A stretch of DNA of 12,833 bases from Bdellovibrionota bacterium (lineage in GTDB: Bacteria; Bdellovibrionota_C; UBA2361; JBIKWN01): positions 1-12,833 of the forward strand of contig JBIKWN010000067.1 of the NCBI GenBank assembly GCA_044356295.1. Direction: 5' to 3'. The position numbers and the translations under genes were made by a program. Under the pieces are notes generated by a model, which was given only the letters and a program-made list of their open reading frames with translations, made no database searches and was not told where the DNA came from. Below, in pieces: positions 1 to 7,651 of this stretch; the stretch's first letter is position 1; each line of letters starts with the position of its first letter.

Positions 1-783
1 TTATCAACACGTGGACTAAAACCAGTCGCTGAAATTCAATTTGGTGACTACGTTTGGACTGCAATGATGCAGATTCGAAATGAGCTTGCCATGATGTATT
101 ACCGATCTGGTGGAGACTTTACGACCCCTGCAGTCATTCGAATTCCCGTTGGTGGTTATATCCATGGTGGGGCCTATCATTCTCAAAATATCGAAGCTAC
201 TTTTTCACATTTCCCTGGACTTTTTATCGTCTACCCTTCAAATGCAACTGATGCAAAAGGTCTTCTGAAAGCAAGTATTCGGGGCAACGATCCTGTTTTA
301 TTTCTTGAACATAAAGGGCTTTACCGCCAGGTTTATGCGAAAGGAAAAGAAGGTGGCATTGATGATTGTATCCCACTTGGTAAGGCTAAAATCGTTCGAG
401 AAGGAAGCGATTTAACAATCATTACTTACGGTGCAATTGTTCAAAAAAGCATCTTAGCGGCGCAGGCTTTGGCTGAGGAAGGCGTTTCTGTCGAGGTTAT
501 TGACCTCAGAACCATCGTTCCCCTTGATTTTGCTACTATCAAATCATCCCTTGAAAAGACTGGGCGTGTACTGATTGCCCATGAAGATGTAACATTTATG
601 GGCTTTGGTGCTGAGGTGGCTGCCAAAATATCTGAAGAGTGTTTTACCTTGCTTGATGCTCCGGTAAAAAGACTCGGAATGAAGTATGCAGCTGCGGTGA
701 GTCACTCTCCAATTATGGAGAGCGCAACACTACCTCAAAATGATGATGTACTTCGTGCTGCAAGAGAAGTCTTGGCGTTCTAA
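1..783 (+). CDS. 2-oxoacid dehydrogenase E1 beta subunit/domain, 5'-truncated (probably branched-chain type, possibly the C-terminal half of an alpha/beta fusion)
   Basis: The frame is open from base 1 (LSTRGLKPVAEIQFGDYVWTAMMQIRNEL...), so the gene starts left of the window. It has the E1-beta motifs PVAEIQF, GGxYHSQ, DPVLFLEHK, and the transketolase C-terminal EVIDLRTIVPLD...KTGRVLIAHED. E2 follows directly. Confidence 0.93.
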   Translation, partial: LSTRGLKPVAEIQFGDYVWTAMMQIRNELAMMYYRSGGDFTTPAVIRIPVGGYIHGGAYHSQNIEATFSHFPGLFIVYPSNATDAKGLLKASIRGNDPVLFLEHKGLYRQVYAKGKEGGIDDCIPLGKAKIVREGSDLTIITYGAIVQKSILAAQALAEEGVSVEVIDLRTIVPLDFATIKSSLEKTGRVLIAHEDVTFMGFGAEVAAKISEECFTLLDAPVKRLGMKYAAAVSHSPIMESATLPQNDDVLRAAREVLAF

Positions 784-843
784 TTCATTTAAGCTTGAGC
801 ACAAATTTTTATTGGTTTTTATTTTTTGTAAGACAAAAGAACT

Positions 844-2154
844 ATGGCAACTGACATGTTAATGCCCCAGATGGGCGAATCAATTACTGAAGCAACTATC
901 TCGAAATGGGTAAAAAAAGTTGGTGATGTTGTTAAGAAAGATGAAATTATTTTAGAGATTTCAACTGACAAAGTTGATTCTGAGATTCCATCACCTGCTG
1001 CTGGTGTATTAGCTGAAATACTTTTCAAAGAAGGTGATGTTGTTCCAGTGAAAACAAAGATTGCTGTCATTGACGAATCTGGGAAAGGTGCTGCACCAGC
1101 AACACCTGCTTCAAGTAGCGCTTCAAATGAAAAAGCAAAATCAGTAGAGCCTGCAAAAACTACTGCCCCACAAGCTGCTGCTCCTACTTCATCACAAACA
1201 AATGACGCAAAAGCATCGCGGTTCTATAGCCCACTTGTTATGAGCCTTGCTGAAAAACATGGTGTTGGCCTTTCTGAGCTGGAATCAATTCTTGGCAGTG
1301 GCACCGGTGGTAGAGTTAACAAACAAGATCTACTGTCGTATGTTCAAACTCGATCAACGAGTTCTGCTCCACGTGCCGCTCAAACTACAACGGCGGCTCC
1401 TACTGCTGCAAAACCTGCGGCTCCAGCAACGCCAAGCATTGACTGGGAAGCAGATGGTTCAAAAGTAATTGTTATGGACAACATGAGATCGCTTATTGCT
1501 GATCACATGGTTCGTTCAAAGCATACTTCTCCTCACGTATATTCAGTACAAGAAGTCGATGTAACCAATGTCTCAAAGTGGAGAGCAAAACATAAAAATA
1601 AATTTGCTGAAAAAGAAGGCTTTAACCTAAGCTTTACTCCGTTTTTCCTTGAAGCTGCTGTTATGGGACTGCAAAAATATCCCCATATCAACTCATCAGT
1701 TGATGGTAAGAAAATAATCTTGAAAAAGAATATCAATCTTGGATGTGCAGTAGCACTTGGAAACTCTGGATTGATTGTTCCTGTTATTAAGAAAGCTGAA
1801 GAGAAAAATTTCGTAGGAATTGCTCGAGGCTTAAACGATCTTGCGTTACGAGCAAGAGATAAAAAACTTCTCCCTGATGATGTTCAAGGTGGAACGTTTA
1901 CCGTGACTAACCCTGGTGTATTCGGAACTATCATCGGGACTCCGATTATCAATCAACCTCAAGTCGCAATACTTTGCCTTGGTGCAATTAAGAAACGACC
2001 TGTTGTCATTGATGATATGATTGCAATTCGTGAGATCTGTTATCTAACCCTTTCATATGATCACCGTATTATTGATGGCTCGTTAGGTGGACAATACTTA
2101 GCTTTCCTTCGTGACTATCTTGAAAATTGGGATATCAATCGCCCACTCTACTAA
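844..2154 (+). CDS. Dihydrolipoamide acyltransferase (E2) of a 2-oxoacid dehydrogenase complex
   Basis: Single lipoyl domain (MPQMGESITE...EISTDKVDSEIPSP), Ala/Pro/Thr linkers, a peripheral subunit-binding domain (SPLVMSLA...GSGTGGRVNKQD), and a catalytic domain with GGTFTVTNPG, PIINQPQVAIL and LSYDHRIIDG. Confidence 0.96.
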   Translation: MATDMLMPQMGESITEATISKWVKKVGDVVKKDEIILEISTDKVDSEIPSPAAGVLAEILFKEGDVVPVKTKIAVIDESGKGAAPATPASSSASNEKAKSVEPAKTTAPQAAAPTSSQTNDAKASRFYSPLVMSLAEKHGVGLSELESILGSGTGGRVNKQDLLSYVQTRSTSSAPRAAQTTTAAPTAAKPAAPATPSIDWEADGSKVIVMDNMRSLIADHMVRSKHTSPHVYSVQEVDVTNVSKWRAKHKNKFAEKEGFNLSFTPFFLEAAVMGLQKYPHINSSVDGKKIILKKNINLGCAVALGNSGLIVPVIKKAEEKNFVGIARGLNDLALRARDKKLLPDDVQGGTFTVTNPGVFGTIIGTPIINQPQVAILCLGAIKKRPVVIDDMIAIREICYLTLSYDHRIIDGSLGGQYLAFLRDYLENWDINRPLY

Positions 2155-2163
2155 AGAAGCTTC

Positions 2164-2712
2164 ATGAGAGTTGTAGCTGGCACAGCCCGAGGAACAAAAC
2201 TTTTGGCAGTGCCAGGGGATACCACACGACCGATTCTTGATAGAGTTAAAACTTCCCTTTTTGATATTCTTCGACCTCGGATTGAAGGAGTTACGTGGTT
2301 AGATATTTTTGGCGGTAGTGGAAGCGTTGCGATTGAAGCACTGAGCCAAGGCGCTTCTAAAGCTACAATTTTAGATTTAGAACCAAAAGCTATTGAAACC
2401 ATCAAAAAGAACCTGACATTAACCCACCTCTCTGAAAAGGCAGAAGTCCGACTGACTGACTGTTTTACGTACCTTAAGAATTGCCAGAAATCATTTGATT
2501 TTATTTTCGTAGCTCCACCTCAATATAAGAACTTATGGATTGAATCTGTTCAAACTATTGCAGAAAGACCGCATCTTATTAACGACGGAGGGCAAATGAT
2601 TGTTCAAATCGACCCTCGTGAATATGAGCCTTGTTCAACACTCACTTTTACTGAAGCAGATCGGCGAAAGTACGGAAATACAGAGTTGGTATTTTTTGAT
2701 AAGATTACATAA
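2164..2712 (+). CDS. rsmD: 16S rRNA m2G966 methyltransferase RsmD (variant motif APPQY)
   Basis: MRVVAGTARG...TRP..DRVKTSLF N-terminus, SAM-binding LDIFGGSGSVAIEALSQGA, C-terminal RKYGNT; 182 aa. Confidence 0.88.
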   Translation: MRVVAGTARGTKLLAVPGDTTRPILDRVKTSLFDILRPRIEGVTWLDIFGGSGSVAIEALSQGASKATILDLEPKAIETIKKNLTLTHLSEKAEVRLTDCFTYLKNCQKSFDFIFVAPPQYKNLWIESVQTIAERPHLINDGGQMIVQIDPREYEPCSTLTFTEADRRKYGNTELVFFDKIT

Positions 2713-3357
2713 ATGAAAACTAAGCCCACCTACTCAAAAATGTTCATCCTCTTTTTAACTAGTTTTCTGCTGATTACGAACTTATTGCTCTCTGGATGTG
2801 CAAAAAAACCTGAACCTGTAGCTCCAGTTCTTTTTCCCCATACCATTAAGTATTCTGGAGAAACGCTGGCTGCAATTGCTGCTTGGTATACTGGCAGTGC
2901 GAACAACTGGCAGGTCATAGCCGCAGCCAATCCCGATCTAAAACCAAATAAAATGAAAATTGGTTCAGTTATCCTAATTCCTGAAGCCCTTTTGAAACGT
3001 GTTGATGAACTTCCTAAAAAATTCTTAAAGAATGCTCCAAAGCCAACAAATGAAAAGTTGGTCCCTGTCGTAAAGCAAAAAGATGAAGCACCTAAAAATG
3101 AAGAGACAAAAAATTCTGACACTGCTACAGCCCCTGCTTCCTCTGCTTCATCAACAAGTGAAGTAAATAATTCTTCAAGCTTAACTGTTGAAGAATTAAA
3201 TACACCTCAACCAATTGTAATACCCGAAACGCCAACTCCTGATCCAGTCGACTCGTCTGTTGAATCACTGCTTATGGAACCGACTCCTAATACTGCTCCA
3301 ACAGATCCAAAAGATAGAGCTAAAGAAGACCTCATAGAAGAGATCTTAAAGAACTAA
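2713..3357 (+). CDS. LysM-domain lipoprotein with a low-complexity Pro/Ser/Thr-rich tail
   Basis: Signal peptide with lipobox LSGC (Cys29). LysM-like segment HTIKYSGETLAAIAAWYTG...NWQVIAAANPDLKPNKMKIGSVILIP. The ATG directly abuts the rsmD stop; an alternative ATG lies at 2740. Confidence 0.8.
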   Translation: MKTKPTYSKMFILFLTSFLLITNLLLSGCAKKPEPVAPVLFPHTIKYSGETLAAIAAWYTGSANNWQVIAAANPDLKPNKMKIGSVILIPEALLKRVDELPKKFLKNAPKPTNEKLVPVVKQKDEAPKNEETKNSDTATAPASSASSTSEVNNSSSLTVEELNTPQPIVIPETPTPDPVDSSVESLLMEPTPNTAPTDPKDRAKEDLIEEILKN

Positions 3358-4184
3358 TCGAATAAGAATTCCCCTTTAAAGACAAACTGGGCAGTGCCAG
3401 TAAGATCTGCAAAAATAATTCTTTGCTGAGAATCAGTAATAAGTTTTACTGACAACGTACCACCACGACTTTTAACAACCCAGTCATAACGATCTAAATT
3501 ATACTTTTCCTTATATAAATTTGACGCCGTCAAAGCTGATGCTATTGATCCAGTTCCACAACCGAGTGTTTCACCGACGCTTCTTTCCCAAATACGAATA
3601 AAGACCTCTCCTTTTGAATAATCGATAGATTCAATGAAGTCTGCTGTTACCGATTCAGCAAATGAAGATGCATGCTCCATTTGTTTACCAAATTCATTGG
3701 AATACTTTACGTTTGTAACACAAAAATGAGGAGTTCCTAGATGAACGAGGAACCCTTCTACAGTAACGCCATCGGTAGTTATAATTTTTTTGGGTTCAGA
3801 GGACTCAACGGGATGCCTTGCAGTGAAAAACTGAGACGACATCTCATCTTTTTGTATGGCAACAGAGACAGCAATGTTGCCGCCATGAGTTTTGAAAATT
3901 TTCTCAGAGAAAGGAATCTTCCTGAATGCATGCAACGCACTCACCCGTATTCCGTTGCCACACTGGTCAAGGGTTCCGTCAGGATTGAAAAAAATGATCC
4001 GCTCATTATCGACAACCAGCAAACCATCACTGCCAACACCAAAATTTCTATCACAGATTGTAACAGCAAACTGTGATTGAAGTTGGATACTTCCTAAACC
4101 ATTCTTTTCTAAGTCATCTAACTCAATGACGATAAAATCATTTCCTAATGCTTGATATTTAAAGAATTGAATACTGTTTTGCAT
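3354..4184 (-). CDS. dapF: Diaminopimelate epimerase (DapF) family PLP-independent epimerase, divergent
   Basis: KYQALGNDF, DRNFGVGSDG, NPDG...CGNG and WERSVGETLGCGTG with both catalytic Cys. Start placed at ATG 4184, which overlaps the upstream TGA (TGATG), rather than TTG 4187. Confidence 0.82.
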   Translation of the reverse strand: MQNSIQFFKYQALGNDFIVIELDDLEKNGLGSIQLQSQFAVTICDRNFGVGSDGLLVVDNERIIFFNPDGTLDQCGNGIRVSALHAFRKIPFSEKIFKTHGGNIAVSVAIQKDEMSSQFFTARHPVESSEPKKIITTDGVTVEGFLVHLGTPHFCVTNVKYSNEFGKQMEHASSFAESVTADFIESIDYSKGEVFIRIWERSVGETLGCGTGSIASALTASNLYKEKYNLDRYDWVVKSRGGTLSVKLITDSQQRIIFADLTGTAQFVFKGEFLFD

Positions 4185-4561
4185 CAACGAAAGTCTTTCG
4201 AAACGTAAAAAGAAATATCTCTTACACTATCTGAACTCGATAAACGCTCTCGTAGCCGTTTTAAAATCATGGATTTATTAAATGTTAGCTCCTGAGCCCA
4301 GACGCTATTATTGACAGCAACAACTAAAATCCCATTTCGAATACATTCAGCACGGGTTCGTTTTGCAATTTCGGCTCCAACTATCTCTGCCCAATGTAAT
4401 ACAAACTCATACCGAGCTAATTTTTCACCGAGATCATTTTTTTTTAGAACTGATTTAAGAATTCCTGAAATCTCAGAGGGTGCGCGACGCTTCACAGTTT
4501 TTTGAAGCGGGGCATACGGATTTCTTTTCGGATCGTCTTTCAAAGATAAACACCTGTTCAT
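4184..4561 (-). CDS. DUF721 / DciA-family protein (putative replicative helicase operator); start uncertain (ATG 4561, TTG 4543 or GTG 4495)
   Basis: DUF721 pattern ISGILKSVL...WAEIVGAEIAKRTRAECIRNGILVVAVNNSVWAQELTFNKSMILKRL...VRDISF. Confidence 0.8.
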   Translation of the reverse strand: MNRCLSLKDDPKRNPYAPLQKTVKRRAPSEISGILKSVLKKNDLGEKLARYEFVLHWAEIVGAEIAKRTRAECIRNGILVVAVNNSVWAQELTFNKSMILKRLRERLSSSDSVRDISFYVSKDFR

Positions 4562-4808
4562 TTGGACGTGCTAATCCTAATTCATTTCGTGCTGCTTTCT
4601 CTAGAGCACGTGGGTCATTTCTTAATAATGACACTTGTTCTCTCAGCTCAGAGACTCTTTCGGATATTTTGCTATTTTCTTCTTGCTGTCTAATGACGCC
4701 TTTTTTGAGCCCTTCAAGACGAGAGTAATTATCTTCCCCAAAAAGAGATAAAATAACAGTCAGAAGTGCGCTCAGCATTACCGCGAGCGGGGCAAAACGA
4801 CGAACCAT
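4473..4808 (-). CDS. ftsB: Septum formation initiator, FtsB/DivIC family
   Basis: Short basic N-terminus, one TM helix ending LFGEDN, a coiled coil, and LEKAARNELGLARPNEQVFIF. ATG 4808 is preferred over GTG 4859 because it gives the usual length. Adjacent to eno. Confidence 0.85.
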   Translation of the reverse strand: MVRRFAPLAVMLSALLTVILSLFGEDNYSRLEGLKKGVIRQQEENSKISERVSELREQVSLLRNDPRALEKAARNELGLARPNEQVFIFERRSEKKSVCPASKNCEASRTL

Positions 4809-4812
4809 AAAA

Positions 4813-4843
4813 AAACTACCAAAACAAAAACCTAAAAGGTCAA
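4813..4843 (-). promoter_or_regulatory. Candidate sigma70-type promoter for ftsB
   Basis: The minus strand reads TTGACC (4843-4838), a 19-nt spacer ending TGG (extended -10), then TAGTTT (4818-4813), 4 nt before ATG 4808. The spacer is long. Confidence 0.25.
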
Positions 4844-4881
4844 CTACAAACCTTTTCACAAGAATACAGCTACTTACGCGA

Positions 4882-4910
4882 TTCCAAAAGAGGTTTTTTG
4901 GTTGTATGAT
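4882..4910 (+). promoter_or_regulatory. Candidate sigma70-type promoter for eno
   Basis: TTCCAA (4882-4887), a 17-nt spacer, then TATGAT (4905-4910), ending 8 nt before the eno ATG. No Shine-Dalgarno sequence lies in between. Confidence 0.4.
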
Positions 4911-4918
4911 CCACGGTC

Positions 4919-6208
4919 ATGAATAAATCTTCACGTATTACCTCTCTTTCTGCCTTTGAATGCCTTGATTCTAGGGGATTCCCCACTATTTCTGTTACCG
5001 CTGAGCTCGCTTCTGGAACTACTGGAACAGCGTATGTTCCTTCAGGTGCTTCAACAGGCGAGTACGAAGCTCATGAATTACGGGATGGCGATAAAAAACG
5101 ATACCTTGGTAAAGGCGCACTCAAGGCAGTTGAAAATGTAAAAACTAAAATCAATTCTTTGCTAATTGGTCATGATGCTTTTGATCAAGTTGAAGTTGAC
5201 AGAGCAATGATTGCTCTTGATGGAACTGAAAATAAATCTCATTTAGGAGCGAATGCGATACTTGGAGCAAGCCTTGCAATTGCATCAGCGGCGGCGCAAG
5301 AGTTGAAGGTTCCCCTGTTTCGTTATCTTGGTGGATTAAATGCAAGACAACTACCAATTCCGCTGGTCAATGTCATCAATGGTGGTGCACATGCGGCAAA
5401 CTCACTTGATCTTCAAGAGTTCATGCTCGTTCCACATGTATCAACAACTTTTTTCGAAAATATTCGTGCAGCATCTGAAGTATTCCACACATTAAAAACA
5501 ATTCTTAAAAAAGAAAAACTTTCAGTTGGTGTGGGTGATGAAGGCGGTTTTGCACCTGACTTTGCAACTCCTGAACAGACACTCGACTGCCTTGTTCATG
5601 CAATTGCAGAAGCTGGGTATGAGCCTGGAAAAGAGATCTCAATCGCACTCGATTGCGCAGCAAGCGAATTTTTTGATGAAACAAAAAATAAATATGTTTT
5701 CAAGAAAAGTTCTAAAGAAGAATTTACTTCAAAAGAATTAACTGCGTTGTACGCAAAATGGTGCGCAAAGTTTCCTATTGTTTCAATTGAAGATGGCTTG
5801 GATGAAAACGATTGGGATGGTTGGGCTCATTTGACGCAAGAACTCGGATCTAAAGTGCAACTTGTTGGAGACGACCTTTTTGTAACTAATCATAAAATCC
5901 TTCAACGCGGGATAGATAATGGAATTGGTAATGCAATTCTCATTAAATTAAATCAGATCGGTTCAGTGACAGAGACGCTTGAAACTGTCTCACTTGCGCA
6001 CCGAAGTGGATATCGTTCGATTATTTCGCACCGATCGGGTGAAACAGAGGATACTTTCATTGCTGATTTGGCTGTTGCTCTTGGCTCAGGACAGATTAAA
6101 ACTGGTTCAGTTTGTAGAAGCGAGCGCACTGCAAAATACAATCGACTGCTCTGGATTGAGACGTACTTAAAAGGTGAATCATTTACCATTAATCCTTTCA
6201 AAAAATAA
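4919..6208 (+). CDS. eno: Enolase (phosphopyruvate hydratase)
   Basis: DSRG.PT, VPSGASTG, NGGAHA, QEFM, GDEGGFAP, SIEDG, VGDDLFVTN, IKLNQIG, SHRSGETED, QIKTG; 429 aa. Confidence 0.99.
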   Translation: MNKSSRITSLSAFECLDSRGFPTISVTAELASGTTGTAYVPSGASTGEYEAHELRDGDKKRYLGKGALKAVENVKTKINSLLIGHDAFDQVEVDRAMIALDGTENKSHLGANAILGASLAIASAAAQELKVPLFRYLGGLNARQLPIPLVNVINGGAHAANSLDLQEFMLVPHVSTTFFENIRAASEVFHTLKTILKKEKLSVGVGDEGGFAPDFATPEQTLDCLVHAIAEAGYEPGKEISIALDCAASEFFDETKNKYVFKKSSKEEFTSKELTALYAKWCAKFPIVSIEDGLDENDWDGWAHLTQELGSKVQLVGDDLFVTNHKILQRGIDNGIGNAILIKLNQIGSVTETLETVSLAHRSGYRSIISHRSGETEDTFIADLAVALGSGQIKTGSVCRSERTAKYNRLLWIETYLKGESFTINPFKK

Positions 6209-6250
6209 TACACTGCATTTGTAACAAAGATTTTTACAACGGAGATATAT

Positions 6251-6673
6251 ATGGAATGGTGGCTGTGGCTTAGTGTAGGACTTTTCTTGTTAGGTCTTGA
6301 AATGTTTACCCCAACGGGAATGTACCTCCTTATCATTGGACTGTCATTTATGGTTGTTGGTGGATTAACATCAATAGGAATTGTTGAATCACTGCAATCG
6401 CAAACTATTTTTGCTGCGATTATTACTTTGTTTTTTATCTTTACGATTCGAAAACCGTTTCATGCTCTTTTAAAAGGCATGACACAAAAAACCGGCAGTA
6501 ATATTACATCTCAGACAGTTACAATTACTGAAAATATTGCTCCTGGGGCGTTGGGTAAAGGAGAACTCTCGGGAAGTAGTTGGAGCGTTAAAAACGAAAC
6601 CAGCGTTATCCTTGAAGCAGGTTCTCGGCACAATGTTGCCTCAGTAAATGGTCTGACATTAGTAGTAAAATAA
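6251..6673 (+). CDS. NfeD-family (short, YbbJ-like) membrane protein
   Basis: WWLWLSVGLFLLGLEMFTP N-terminus, three hydrophobic segments, and a C-terminal OB-like GKGELSGSSW...VNGLTLVV. GGAG SD at 6241. It precedes an SPFH gene, as is canonical. Confidence 0.9.
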   Translation: MEWWLWLSVGLFLLGLEMFTPTGMYLLIIGLSFMVVGGLTSIGIVESLQSQTIFAAIITLFFIFTIRKPFHALLKGMTQKTGSNITSQTVTITENIAPGALGKGELSGSSWSVKNETSVILEAGSRHNVASVNGLTLVVK

Positions 6674-6703
6674 TAAATATTTTTTAAATTTAAAGGAGCA
6701 ATC

Positions 6704-7651
6704 ATGGTTGTATTTGCAGGAGGTCTATTAATTCTAGCTTTAATTACGGCATTTAAAACCGCTGTCATCGTACCTCAACAGATGGCATTTGTTATTGAGT
6801 CATTCGGTAAATACAGCCGAACGCTCGATGCTGGATTTCATTTTCTTATGCCTTGGGTTGACCGTATAGCCTATCGCCATTCACTTAAAGAAGAAGCGAT
6901 GGATATTGCAGAACAAGTTTGTATTACCACTGATAACGTTCAGGTTTCGGTTGATGGAATCCTCTATCTTCGTGTTCTTGATCCAGAGAGAGCATCATAC
7001 GGCATTGGTAACTACCTGTTTGCAGTAAGTCAACTTACGCAAACCACAATGAGAAGTGAGATTGGTAAACTTGAACTTGATAAAACATTTGAAGCTCGTG
7101 GTCACATCAACGCAAACATTGTAAGCGAAGTTGATAAAGCATCTGAAGCATGGGGTATAAAAGTTCTTCGGTACGAGATTAAAAATATCATTCCTCCTCA
7201 TGATGTTCTTTCTGCGATGGAAAAGCAGATGCGCGCTGAGCGTGAAAAAAGAGCTTCAGTTCTTACTTCTGAAGGTGAACGAGACGCGAAAATTAACCAA
7301 GCAGAGGGTGAGAAACAAAGAGTTATCAAAGAATCAGAGGCTGTGTATCAAAAGCAAGTCAATGAAGCAAAAGGTGAAGGTGAAGCGATTCTCTCTGTTG
7401 CACGTGCAACAGCTGAAGGATTACGTGTTGTTGCTGAGTCCATCAGTCAACAAGGTGGTGCAGAAGCAACTCAGTTGAGAATTGCTGAAGCTTATATTCA
7501 TCAGTTTGGAAAAATTGCTCAAAAAGGTAATACGATTGTACTTCCTGCAAACCTTACTGATATAGGATCGATGCTTACTCTTGCAAAAGGAATGCTTGGC
7601 AATAAAGACGATAAAGAGTTTCCAAAATCAACTCCTGGACTTCGATTATAG
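6704..7651 (+). CDS. SPFH/band-7 stomatin-like protein (QmcA/paraslipin type)
   Basis: N-terminal TM, IVPQQ.AFVIE.FGKY, CITTDNV, QTTMRSEIG, WGIKVLRYEIKNI, MEKQMRAEREKRA coiled coil, and a band-7 C-terminal AEAYIHQFGKIA...LPANL. AAGGAG SD. Confidence 0.95.
   Translation: MVVFAGGLLILALITAFKTAVIVPQQMAFVIESFGKYSRTLDAGFHFLMPWVDRIAYRHSLKEEAMDIAEQVCITTDNVQVSVDGILYLRVLDPERASYGIGNYLFAVSQLTQTTMRSEIGKLELDKTFEARGHINANIVSEVDKASEAWGIKVLRYEIKNIIPPHDVLSAMEKQMRAEREKRASVLTSEGERDAKINQAEGEKQRVIKESEAVYQKQVNEAKGEGEAILSVARATAEGLRVVAESISQQGGAEATQLRIAEAYIHQFGKIAQKGNTIVLPANLTDIGSMLTLAKGMLGNKDDKEFPKSTPGLRL

Noticed and set aside
64..783. ORF-track start at ATG 64
   Set aside because: The frame is open to base 1 and encodes the conserved PVAEIQF motif upstream, so the gene is truncated by the window.
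1081..1440. Ala/Pro/Thr-coding quasi-repeats in E2
   Set aside because: These are the ordinary flexible linkers of E2 subunits.
2730..3122. Antisense and alternative-frame ORFs (for example 441-626, 819-1070, 2151-2405, 2730-3122, 3741-4076, 5953-6336, 6511-6768, 7581-7862, 12285-12503)
   Set aside because: They lie wholly or mostly within well-supported genes and carry no recognisable motifs, as expected of shadow ORFs.
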